A stretch of 60,144 bases of DNA, counting the filler, from Sphacelaria rigidula (Eukaryota), in assembly GCA_964200075.2 (NCBI GenBank). It is 7 parts of 7 records of this genome, joined end to end, with 100 filler letters (N's around TTAATTAATTAA, not from the genome) between each part and the next. Parts side by side here need not be neighbours in the genome. Positions count along the whole stretch, not along the records: positions 43,034 to 51,539 come from CAXNAA020010943.1; positions 51,640 to 60,144 come from CAXNAA020010944.1; 5 more parts are not named here. One strand, 5' to 3'. Shown here one piece after another: positions 49,420-60,144 of this stretch. The notes beneath the pieces are model-generated. The model made no database searches and was not told the DNA's origin. It saw nothing but the letters and a program-made list of their open reading frames with translations. A program made the translations under genes and the position numbers. Positions within the stretch are counted from its first letter, which is position 1; the number at the start of each line of letters is the position of its first letter.

Positions 49420-51420
49420 AGAGAAAGTAAAGTGTTATGCAGTTAAACTCAGGAATAGACAGGTAGCAGCGGCAGACGAAAGAGTGAATAAGTGTATGAA
49501 GTACGGAGGGAAGAGAGCGATTTCTGTTATGGTTATCTCGTATAATTAGATCTGGGAAAGCGAGTACACCTTCAAGAGGTGGAGATAAGGAGTAATAGTA
49601 AATATTTTCAAGAAACGAGGCAAGGCCGACCCAGGGAATTGTACGTAAAAGGGATAACGCTACTGAGCACCGTACGAAAAACGTTCTGAAATACGATAGA
49701 GAGGAAACAGGGCGTGAGATGGAAGAAAAACTCAGCGAGAGGCAAGCAGGGTTTAGATCAAGCCGTGGCTGCGTTGACCATGTGTGCACATTAGGTAAGA
49801 TCATTCAAGGTAGGAAAGACGCGGGGCTAACAACCTATCGTTTCTTTACAGACGTACAAGAGGTCTACGCCACAGTATGGAAAAATGGACCCTGGAAAAA
49901 GATATGGGAAACTGGGCTCAGAGGAAAGATTGGAGAATGGTGGAAAATATGGCAGAATGTGCGACAACTGTTATGATACTAGACGAGGAAATATCGAAGT
50001 ATGTTGATAGTGATGTACGTTATCACCCACTCTACCCAAGACATTTATTAATGAGATGACAATAGCAATAGAAGCAACAAAGCAAGGAATCAAGGTAGGG
50101 GAAGATACGGTATCGGGATTGATGTTCGCGGGTGATTTCGTGGGGATATCGGAATCTCCAGAAGGATCACAGAAACACCTAGAGAAGCCGCTAAAATACA
50201 CCAGGAGATGCAGAGTGACAGCAAACGTAAACACATATGCACTACTTGTATGTAACGAGGATAAGGAGAGCCCGGTACAGTTCAAATGGAATTGTGGAGA
50301 AGAATAATTACCGACTGAAGACCAGTATTTCATACCTTGGCGTAGAGATGTCAAAAAACTGTTTTTGGGATGCACACGTAGATGAAGTAATAGGAAAGGC
50401 TAGCGCATATATAGGCAAAGTGGGCGTGACCCTGAGAGACTCGCACCTCACTACAATAATTAATATACGTATTTTGATGAGTGTGGTTGTATCGAAGCTG
50501 AAATATGCAGGAGAAGTATGTACGGGAACCCGAACTTGGAGGAGCAACTGGAAACAGTGCTAAAACAATATGTGGGTGCTCGAAACCGACCCGTAATACA
50601 TTATTGAGAGCAAATTGGGGATGTGCCCACTTGAAATAAACAGAGACATGAGACATTTGCCATGACAAAATAACGTCAGGGACATGTCAAGGAAAAGATT
50701 TCTAGCCATGGTTGAAAGACCTGTATGGAAGAAAGCAATGAAATGTCAGGCTGGAATAAGATGGAATAGCGTTGTCGAGAAAGTATGGAAGGATACAGGA
50801 GAAAACCAAGACGTGATGATGTCCATGGGTAAATGTGGGGGGTACAAGCCAAAAGTAAAAGCCAGGGTGGAAATGAGGGGAAAACAAGCGCTCAAACAGA
50901 GAGTGGACGAGGAAAAGCAACAGAAGATATATGGGGGAGTTGCGAGAGGGGATAGGGATGGAAGCATATCTGCACGGCCCAATGGACTACGCGAACCGCT
51001 AGAAGTACGCTCTCGGGTGGGGGGCCTCGACCTGTCGGAAAGGAGGTATATCAATCGTCGGGTGGAGGAGGAAGTAGATGCCCATTATTGCCCCTGCGGC
51101 AAAGCAACAGAGAGCAGAAGTCATATGGTGGGAGAATGTGAACCATACGAGGAGGAACGGGGCGTGCTAGAGGGAGGAATGTGGGAAGTAAACGAGGGTG
51201 GCATGGAGTCGTTTTGGTACATTGGGCAATAGTGAGAAAGCGATAGCTCTACTAGATAGATGATGGGCACAGACGGCGAAACAGGATACTGTTATTTACG
51301 TACAAGGTTTTTGCGTCATGTATGGAAGAAACGTACTGAGCCCCCGAATGTGGAGGTGTCTCTATTAGGAGGAGGAACGATGCTCCGTCTCGGAAGGGAT
51401 ACGCGGTCAGTGGTCAGATG
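49420..51420 (+). mobile_element. Decayed non-LTR retrotransposon (LINE) RT with C-terminal CCHC motif
   Basis: KGITLLSTV, ERQAGFRSSRGCVDH, FFTDVQEVYATVW, GLMFAGDFVG (FADD-like), YLGVE and CPCGKATESRSHMVGEC. Many frameshifts. Confidence 0.85.
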
Positions 51421-51445
51421 ACTAAGGGGAGCAAGATATGAGTAC

Positions 51446-51476
<31 letters not shown>

Positions 51477-51539
51477 TATGACTGCGCCCCGCTCGCCCCC
51501 CAGGCCCGCCACACCGCCCCCCCCCCGCCACCTACGGCA

Positions 51540-51639
51540 NNNNNNNNNNNNNNNNNNNNNNNNNNNNNNNNNNNNNNNNNNNNTTAATTAATTAANNNNN
51601 NNNNNNNNNNNNNNNNNNNNNNNNNNNNNNNNNNNNNNN
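51540..51639. other. Artificial contig spacer
   Basis: 44 N + TTAATTAATTAA + 44 N. Confidence 0.99.
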
Positions 51640-52030
51640 GAGTATTTACTCTACTCGACGTTTGAGTAGGTCGAGTACGGCCTCGAATACTCTACTCAAA
51701 TGTTGTCCGATCTAAGTTGGCCATTTCGTCATTCCGTGTGTGTTTTTCGTCACCTCTATCACTAGCGTGTGCTTAAAGCTACACGTCGATATCCTTCTCA
51801 GGGATATCAAGGGCCTTAGTGGCAAGCTACTACAGAAAGCATATCGGGCCTCGCGGAGGGACATTTCGGAACCGAACCAACTCATTCACGTCACTAGTTC
51901 ACCGCTTTTTACTCTCAATCTCACGAAAACATTGTTTCTACTCATATTTTGAGTAGATCGAGTACGACCTCAAATACTCAACTCAAATATCGAGTGAGCA
52001 CTGTCAGTAATACTCGAGTATCGAGTACCC
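51640..52030. repeat. Interspersed repeat with gagta/tactc sub-repeats; homolog at ~45980-46225
   Basis: Shared core ttggcca...ccgtgtgtgt...gatatcaagggcct...caagctactac...gaaagcatat.gggcctcg. Confidence 0.75.
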
Positions 52031-52827
52031 CTTAGGTATGGTGGATACCCCCACCAGTCGGCGATTTCGTGACGTCACTTCACAGACTATGTGGAATACA
52101 TGAGCGAACGATCGTCGTCAATTAGATGGGCGGCGTTAAATCAGGGCCAAGGAGCATGAGCGAATGATGGCAATAAAAAAATAAAAGAAGCGTGCAAGGC
52201 CCATTGACAACACTCCAAAATAATTTCTACCCTAGATGTACGATGGGATTTTGATCTCAATGTTTGCTGAAGTTTGACCTTGAATCAACACTCCTCATGG
52301 ATGGGCAACTCGAGGAATACCTTGGCATGTCCACTATAACCGCGAGTTTTCTTGTGTACGAATTTGATATCTTGAGGTTGGAGTTCTAGGTTTTTGGTAC
52401 ATCCGATCCGGCCTCAAGTATTCTACTCAAAAATATCACCGTTTTATACGAAAAAGTCGTCCATCCCCCCGGGAGTTAAACTTGGCCGATGAAGAAGTGT
52501 GCTTGAACAGTCCTTTGATGGTATGACAAGTAGTACGTTTTTCCGGATTGCCATAATCGGCTTCCTTTCGACGTACACTTGAAACGTTTCCCTCAGGGCA
52601 TGTTCAACAATCTTGCGAATTGCAAATCAGAGCGTGTTCCTGGGCATCTCGAGATGGTTTCAGGGCATCCGTGTCTTCTTCCTGGTGACGGCAGTTTTTC
52701 GATTGGCCAAACGCCCAAGTTCCTCGAGCACCAGTCCAGTTACACATCAAATCGGCACTCCGGAGTTGGATGGCCTAAAAGGAACGCCTCGACTAGCAGA
52801 TTCGCACGAATGAGGTACTCGGCACGC

Positions 52828-52963
52828 TAATAATCGAATTGAATAAAAAGAAGTACAAAATGCAGCTAAACTACCAAGCCAAAACACAACATGAGATGAA
52901 CCTGTAAAAGTAGCATAACTTCCAAAATAATATCTTTTGAATAAAACCCAAGAAGAAAAGGAA
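52828..52963 (-). pseudogene. nad5: NUMT: mitochondrial NADH dehydrogenase subunit 5 fragment
   Basis: AT-rich island translating to FPFLLGFYSKDIILEV, a frameshift, then YATFTGSSHVVFWLGSLAAFCTSFYSIRLL. Both peptides are characteristic of Nad5. Confidence 0.88.
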
Positions 52964-53779
52964 TAATTTCTCCCCATCCGAAAAACATGGCATTACACTC
53001 TGATTTTGTGCCCGACCGAGCTCATCTCGTTAAAGGAGTCACCGACGACCCCCGAAAAATTATATTGGACTTTCATAATATAATACGGGAAAGTCCCTGT
53101 TTGGAGACAAGAAAGGCGCGTGCGAGTGGAAGGGCATGTATATCATGACTTTGAGCACGGCAATGAGTGCCAATTCAGAGGTGCGCATATATCACTTCGT
53201 TCAGCATGCCTTGAATCAGATCCTCCATCTGCAGGCGACTTTTCGAAGTGACGAGAAATGTCGAGGAAGACTTCGGCCTCGGGGAACGAGGGGAAGGTCA
53301 ACTCCAGAGTACATCCGTAGGCCTGAACCTCACACGCATTGCCAGCGACGGAGATAACTTGCGGCGGGAAAGAGACGACATGAATATGCCTGAAGGAAGA
53401 ACAAACTGCAGATCAAAACATCACCATCGTAGTGACTACCGCATGTCTACGCTGTGCCCACGGCCATCGCACCCGGAGACAGCTGGGCGCGTCACTCGGA
53501 CGTTTTCTCGCCAAGACAACCGGATGTCAATGTCAAAAAAGACACGTCAACGCTCCGCACATTTGCCCTCGTGCGTGACACGGCAGTATCTCTCTGCATG
53601 CCAAAACAAAATCAGATAAGACGCCTCAAAGGTAGGTCCAAACCGGACTCATTATTTTTTTGGCACACGACCCCTCGCCATAGACTTGTAGACTTCAACC
53701 AAGACTACGAAATGGCAACAAAGACAACCGGATGCCCTCGAAAGGGAAAGCGAATAAAAATTCAGGGTGAAGCGGGAAT

Positions 53780-56700
53780 CTATTCTTCGTCTTCAGCAGG
53801 CTCGTTGTTGATGATGGAGAAGTATCTCAACTCGTACGTGTTTTTGTTGCTAGCGATCACGTGCAGGTAATCACGCAGCTGCTGCTTCTTCAGGTACTTC
53901 TTGGTCAGGTACTTCAGGTAGCGCTTCGAGAACGGGGCCTTCGCAGTCACGGTAATGCGAGCCTTTGACATGGGGAGAAACCAAGTTGGGGCAACAGAGC
54001 GGGGAGGCATCGTAGTGAGACGAAATGATATTTGAAGTGGCTGAGTAGAAAGCTGGCTGTTCACCTGTGTTGCTCTCGCGATAACATATCTGGTGACACC
54101 AGGGCGCACAGTTCCCTCTGTCGAGTTGGGTTGGAATCAACCGCGAAATTTGGTGCTGCTTCGCATGCGGTCATGTGTTCCCTTTTCTGGTTCAGATGCG
54201 TGCAGTCATCCGGTCGAATCCCATGCCGATAGATCAAGTTGAGGCTCAGTTGTCGTGGAATCGCGAGACGACAAAGCGTCTTTACTCTTCAACACTAGCC
54301 CTGTAAAAGAAAGGCGTCTGCGTATTACCGGGAGTGGAACAAGCAAGCTTACTGACGATGATCAGTGACGCCACCTCAACACATTCACGTGTGGGTGCTG
54401 TACTTTTCACTGTGTTTGCACAAGTTTCAGCTTCCCACAGGGCAGGGTGCTTACATGGGGACGAGGAAAATGATGCACAGCGATGCGACAAACTCAAGTA
54501 TGTGGCGGGTCCAAAAGACACATCGGGCGAGACGAGTAGACCCAGGGCGGCGACGAAAGTATCGCCTAAGAAGCTCACTTCCCTTCAGCCCGTTCTAACT
54601 GACGATGTATCGCGAGTTGTGCGTGCCACGACACATCGTGGTGATCGGCAAATCAGCGCGCGTCTCCAAATCCATGTAGCACTGCGATGCAACAAGGTCT
54701 CACAAACAAAATATAAACTGTACACAAGTGCGAAAGTGTAGAGAGTTGAAGGTACTACGTGCAGCGGAGTTGGCCAAAATACAACGTCCGAGATTGGATT
54801 TTCGGTTACGGTCAGTTTTGTGCCGCGCGGTGCTGCACAAGCTGCAGCATAATTTCCGGGCTCAGTTTGGAGTCGTTTCCGATGAAATTTCGACATGATG
54901 TACGGGACGTGTATGCAAATCTCCGGCGGGCCAACCTGTAACAGTAATTTGGCACAGTCATGACCAGGTTAAGCATGAAACAAAACATGTACTCCCCCGA
55001 CAAAAAGCCCTTCGCCCAACAGCCGTCAACCCCAAAAGGCTGGCAGCCGGCCGCAAAGCCGCATACGGGAGAGCGACTATAATCTCGCACCAGTTGGAAC
55101 TACACTGGCCACCATCTTGTCCACAACAGGACGGCCAGGTTGCTCTTGGTAGGTGCAGAGTTGACAAGTTACAGTATGATCCAGGTGACCCGTTCTTCTA
55201 CGCCCCGTACATAGACACCATAGACAGCACGTTCTCACGGGCACAAATAGGGAAATCGATGGCGGCGCAACAGTATCGACTAGCGCGGGTACATTAAGCT
55301 CTTCAAAAATTATGGGAGTGCCCGGTCACAACTCGTAGAAGTGCAGCATGGGTGAACCCACGTGTGTGTGGCGTCTTCAACAAGAGAGTTTGACTTTCGT
55401 ATACCAACAGCCACCGACGGAACGCCGCGACAACGAGGTTGCCAGCTGTTGGACCGCTTGACCGTCAAGATACGTCGTCTGGTTGTTTCGCTGCTTCCAC
55501 CAAAAATGTGCCAAATAAAAGGGTGACAAAACCAAGCGGAACAGGGGCAACACTGAAGTTGGTCAACGTGCTTCGTGCAAATTTCCAACTTTTCAGATCT
55601 GATGACGGACGTTTCCATGGGTTGGCACGACATAGATCGAAGGGTACCATCCCGCGGATATCTGGGAATACGATCCTTCGACCGCGGTGATCTCCACCCG
55701 GTATTCTCAGTAGAGGAGTTAATGGCTGGAACGGCAAACCGACAAACAAGCGGGGACATGTGCCCATACCGCCATGCAACGCTCACTATTCCGAATCAAG
55801 ATCTGAAACTTGGACAAATAACTCATTTTGATCCATGTAACTGACCCCGATTTTCCGCACGTTAATTCCCTTCAACTGATCATATTTTGGAAGAAAAAGC
55901 GTCCAGTTTCGAGTGTGTCAGAGTTCCTGACAAATCACGTCAGACATTCCAGGCCCGACTCTGGGTTCGTGGTGTTTTTTTGGGTTTGTTCGATTTCATC
56001 CCTTATTGCGCTAGCCTGTGACCACGAAAGGCGTCCGCATAAGATGTCCGGTAAAAATGTACCGCACGGATGTTGGAACAGTTTTTTTTTTGTGAAGACA
56101 ACAAGTCGAAAAATCGAGCTGTGCTCGGTTATACTGTACTCGCATTTTCGCACAAAAAATACAAAATACAAAGTTCAAGGGTATCGGCATTAACTCCCCA
56201 ACGATCAATGGCGGATGGAGGCTCCATTTCTCTCAGTGCTGGGAGTACACGCTCAGAACGCAATGATAATTTCGAAATTTTTCGAGTCAAAATAATTTTC
56301 ACGAGAGCTGTTACAAAGCCCTACTTATGAGTACACACTGCGTGCAACGCGAGGGAGTGACTTTCACCAATGATAGACCAACTGATTATGTTCGTTTGAC
56401 GGCCTCGCTAGTAAAAGACCCCGATCATCACCCTTGCGGTCGATTGATCACGAGGCGATCGCCATGTATGACATCGAGGAACCCCGGTCAAGGCGAGTTC
56501 AAGATACAGCGATAATCCCTTCTCACATGCACACATCGTTCCTCACCTTCTCACGAGTAATGGTGACAGCATCTCCCAGCTGTCCAGCCTTGCCGTTGAC
56601 CTTAATGCGGTCGTGCAAGAACTTCTCGAAAGAAGCAGGGTCGAGGACCCGGTCCTCCACGGGAATGAAGCAGTCGATGACGAACTTCACCACCTGCTTC

Positions 56701-57515
56701 TTGGAGCTCTTCTTGGACTTGGGCTGGGCACGCACGACAAGATGCAAGTGCAGCGCATGCACGACAAGCAAAACAGAATAAGGTGAACGGGGCAGGCGAC
56801 TGCCTCGCCCGACGGAGGGTTCTAACGGTAGACAAGGGTATGGTACTGTAGTGTGGTGTAGTGTAGGGTAAAGTAACGACCCGCTGCCGTTCCACGAGGC
56901 ATTTCCCGTCATCTGATTGGTGTACAGGGTGTCCAGTACGGTACGTGCTCCCCCCGGCCAGGAACTGCCGCAGCAACTGTAGCTGGTCTAACCCCGTCCA
57001 TACTTGCATCTACGACTACGGTCGAGACTACTACGAGGCCGGCTTCCACGTCTCCGTTGCCATAGACTGAAGGTGGCGCTGATAGCAGCAGACGCCCCTC
57101 AACCACATTGCCAGTACAACAGAACCCGCGTGGGCGTGGCCCGCAACACCCACAACGCCTGCAATAAAGCAGAAGGCGGGCAATACGAGTGTGCGAAAAT
57201 CGCAGAGAATTTGGCTCTGCGACCGTCTGCACGGTGAGATCGATCGTCCCGTGCGCACAAAGCCTCTGCGATCCATCGTTCACCCCGCCCCTCCTCATCT
57301 TCGCGTCTCATGACAACCACGAGCTTTTTGAAATATGTGCCGAAGAGGGGCGAAGCTTCCTTTGGAACTACAGACCGACAATTTAGGGCGTTTGTGCGGC
57401 AGAGAAGGTGACCTCTGCTCAACACACCGCAGAGAAGGGAAACTCTGCCGAAGGAAACAATGCATACGATGCGATTTCACCGGGAACAGACACGCACACT
57501 CACCGCAGGCGGCAT
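53780..57515 (-). CDS. RPL22: 60S ribosomal protein L22 (eL22), 3 exons, 123 aa
   Basis: join(57504-57515 MPPA followed by GTGAGT; 56547-56723 PKSKK...FVIDC...[19 protein letters not shown]...REK; 53780-53962 ARITV...[28 protein letters not shown]...YELRYF...stop). All junctions are GT-AG and phase 0. Confidence 0.95.
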
Positions 57516-57910
57516 GGTTAACTCTTGGTTGCTCAAGGCGAGGGGTTAGGGGCCGTGTGTGTGTTGGAGTCGGGCAGAGCCACAGAGGAAATACCGCGAC
57601 CACATTGAAATATGTCATGTTCCACGGGACTGTCTAGATTTGTGGGGTCAAGGTGGGGTTCGCATCAGCCATCTCCTGTCGACTTAGCTCTACCCTCAGC
57701 CCGTAGCGCCCCCGTGAACTTCCGGAAGAACTGCATCCATTGCCATAGCTACCTCTTAGGCCCACAGAGTGGAAATCGTCACTGGTCTCGTGCGAAAACT
57801 CAGTTGGCATCGGGACGAAGCAGCGTTGTACCGTCGGAAACAACCCTGTAGCGGAGATACTGCTGCACCCAACCGTTTAGTGGATCTCCGGACCCACAAA
57901 CCTGCGCATC

Positions 57911-58210
57911 ATGCCACGGTCAGCGCGGGAGCAAAAGGTGTCCTTGACCAAAACGGGGAAGAAAGGGCGAGAATTGAAGCAGGGGATAGTCTCTGAGGTT
58001 CGGAAGTGCGTGGATGAGTACCCAAGCGTGTACGTATTCTCGTTTGCGAACTTGAGGAGCAAGCTGCTGAAAGAGGTGCGCATGGACTTTCGCAAAGACA
58101 GTAGGTTCTTCATGGGCAAAAACAAGGTCATGATGCTGGCGCTAGGGAAGACTGCCGAGGACGAGTACCAGGACAACTTGCGACAAGTCAGCAAGTGCTT
58201 GAGGGGACAG
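57911..58210 (+). CDS. MRT4: Ribosome assembly factor Mrt4 (mRNA turnover protein 4), exon 1, 3'-partial
   Basis: MPRSAREQKVSLTKTGKKGRELK...SRFFMGKNKVMMLALG...NLRQVSKCLRGQ followed by a GT donor. Later exons were not found in the contig. Confidence 0.92.
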
Positions 58211-58393
58211 GTGTGCGGATGTTTCTCTCCACTGTTGCTGTGGGTGTCAGTGATGTGCCGTTTTTTCCCTCCCGGATTTGAACAGATCATAGTACGTTCC
58301 ACTACTTCGAGGTATTTACGTCAGTATTATAATAGCGACTTACTCTATCGTCCTGTACTGCACTACACTGCTACACTCGGCAGCAGTGTGGGT

Positions 58394-58649
58394 TTAACCC
58401 TTTTGGAACCGTTCACCGTTCACGGAAAAGAGACGATCTACATTTGACGTCTTCCTGGGCAAGATATGGCTGTTTCTATGCAAGTGCTGATGATGCAGCC
58501 CACCAAAAAGGTGCACCACTCTCAGTTCAAGTATGTTAATGTGATAGATTCGTGCACCGAACTCGAAGTGTCGTTTTCTCGGTGACGAAAGCTCGCACAT
58601 GGGAGTTTGTGAATCGACACTTTTCCATCAACCGTTTCGAAAGGGTTAA
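58394..58649. mobile_element. piggyBac-type MITE in the MRT4 intron
   Basis: TTAA-CCCTTTTGGAAC...GTTTCGAAAGGG-TTAA. Confidence 0.75.
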
Positions 58650-60144
58650 TGTTGATGCTGCCCCCCCCCCGCGCGCGCGCGCCTCCCTATACTGACTGTA
58701 CGCGTACATCAGATTAGCTGGGGACTCCCCAGGGCGGAGTAGTTGTGGTACCGCATCACCACCAATTGCTCAGATGCCTCCAGCTGTTGGTATGACGTTA
58801 CAGTGCGCGAGCTCCTTGGTTAACAACCTTGGTTAGTTTTTGGCGGCATGAACGGCGCTGTCGTCGGCTCGGTCGGTATGCTTGAGTATTCGAGCTAACG
58901 GTAGGATCACGTGTACACCTCGACACTTTTGGGTCATACACAGGTGCTGGTTGAAGCGACACAAAGTGGAGCACCTCGCTCTACCAAAGCACACATCCCA
59001 CCAGCCCGCCCGACGTATAGCATGGTGTCCAAATTCGGGTTAGTCTGGAAATTGAGGTTGAGATTTCCAATAGTCACCTACTGAGGACATGGTAAAATAT
59101 TTCATAGGGCTGTGAACTGGCAGCCCTGGCCATTTAAGTTTACACTGGCTGCGCCAGCGGCCAGTACCTCGATGTTTTTATGTTTTCCCAGTTATTCGGC
59201 GACGAGCCGCGAAGCTGCGAGCCAGAAGTCCCCCACCCCACCCCCACCCCCGGCTGGTGAGGGGGCCTCGCGGGAGCGCCACTAAAGGCGAAAAAAATGC
59301 GACATTTGGGTTGTTTTACCTTCAAAGTGTGGGTAGTTGCACGGTTAGGAAAAATCCTCACAACTCAAAATCACCGAATTCACGATTTCTTTGGCCTGAT
59401 TGCCCAAAAGCGAGAAAAAAGTTGATCGCTGGTTCAAGGGGTATCCCCGCAACTTTTGCGCCACTCCACGTGTCTGGGCTGCATGTACCTGGGTTGCAAC
59501 GCTGAAATAAAGCCCAGGGATTGATTCGTCACGAGTCGACTCATCACACTAAAACCAAGTAATTTACAGACGAATCATTATTTATCCGACCCTTGAATAG
59601 TTGTGAAAAGTGTGACCCCTCACATTGAGGAGCTACGAGGCTCAGATTAGATTATTTCAAAATTTCATCCAAAGCGGTGAGCGATTCAAGAATCATTCGT
59701 ATATGGCAAGCAGCAGTAGAAACTCTCCGTGAGGAGCGGAGGATGGGAAGGAAGCCCAGGTCGGCAGCACGTGAGGGCTAGAGCGCGAATTATTCACTTC
59801 CGGACCGACAAACACACATGTAGTTGAATAGCAAGCCATGGTGTATCTTGTATCTTGCGGTCGCGGGTTACCCTGTAGTAGTTGTGTTTTAGGATGTTGT
59901 GCAATGAAACGACAAACCTTGGCATATATCCGTTACATCACTTCGAGGTGTAGTGAGCATGTGCTGCATCATGTTCAGAACGCTGATCATGCAAATGATC
60001 ATTTGTCAATTGGGGTTGGTGTTCTGCAGTTCCCCCTCAAGCGTTCTGCCGTATATGAGTCAAAACTCCTTTTTCTTCCTTTGTTTCACGGTAAGGACAA
60101 ATCATCACGACTCAAAATCACCAAATTCACGATTTCTTCTGCCC

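Noticed and set aside
53963-57503. Intronic snoRNAs in RPL22
   Set aside because: I found no properly spaced C/D boxes with a terminal stem, and H/ACA RNAs cannot be judged by eye.
58211-58447. C-terminal 78 aa of the 178-aa ORF as part of Mrt4
   Set aside because: Similarity ends at a GT donor at 58211. The rest is intron read-through running into a MITE.

Overview
This is eukaryotic nuclear DNA, inferred to be brown algal (stramenopile) from the intron-rich genes, the transposon repertoire and the mitochondrial insert. It is not one locus. Seven ~8.5 kb contigs (8507, 8507, 8507, 8506, 8506, 8506 and 8505 bp) are joined by artificial 100-nt spacers (44 N, TTAATTAATTAA, 44 N). Contig 1 holds a decayed Ty3/Gypsy LTR retrotransposon with a chromodomain-like integrase tail and an internal deletion of protease and the RT core. 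Contig 2 holds decayed RTE-like LINEs. Contig 3 holds eight exons of a guanine deaminase gene whose 5' end is missing. Contig 4 holds a DIRS-type retroelement with an uninterrupted RT-RNase H-adenine-methylase-like ORF, followed by a zinc-ribbon plus ALOG-domain ORF (the N-terminus of a tyrosine recombinase); this is the most interesting item. Contigs 5 and 6 are mostly MITEs, Helitron-like ends, tandem duplications, hAT-like remnants and a LINE relic. Contig 7 holds a complete three-exon RPL22 gene head-to-head with exon 1 of MRT4, plus a ~135 bp mitochondrial nad5 insert. I could not support any wholly new biological system. All calls come from reading motifs by eye, with no database searches.
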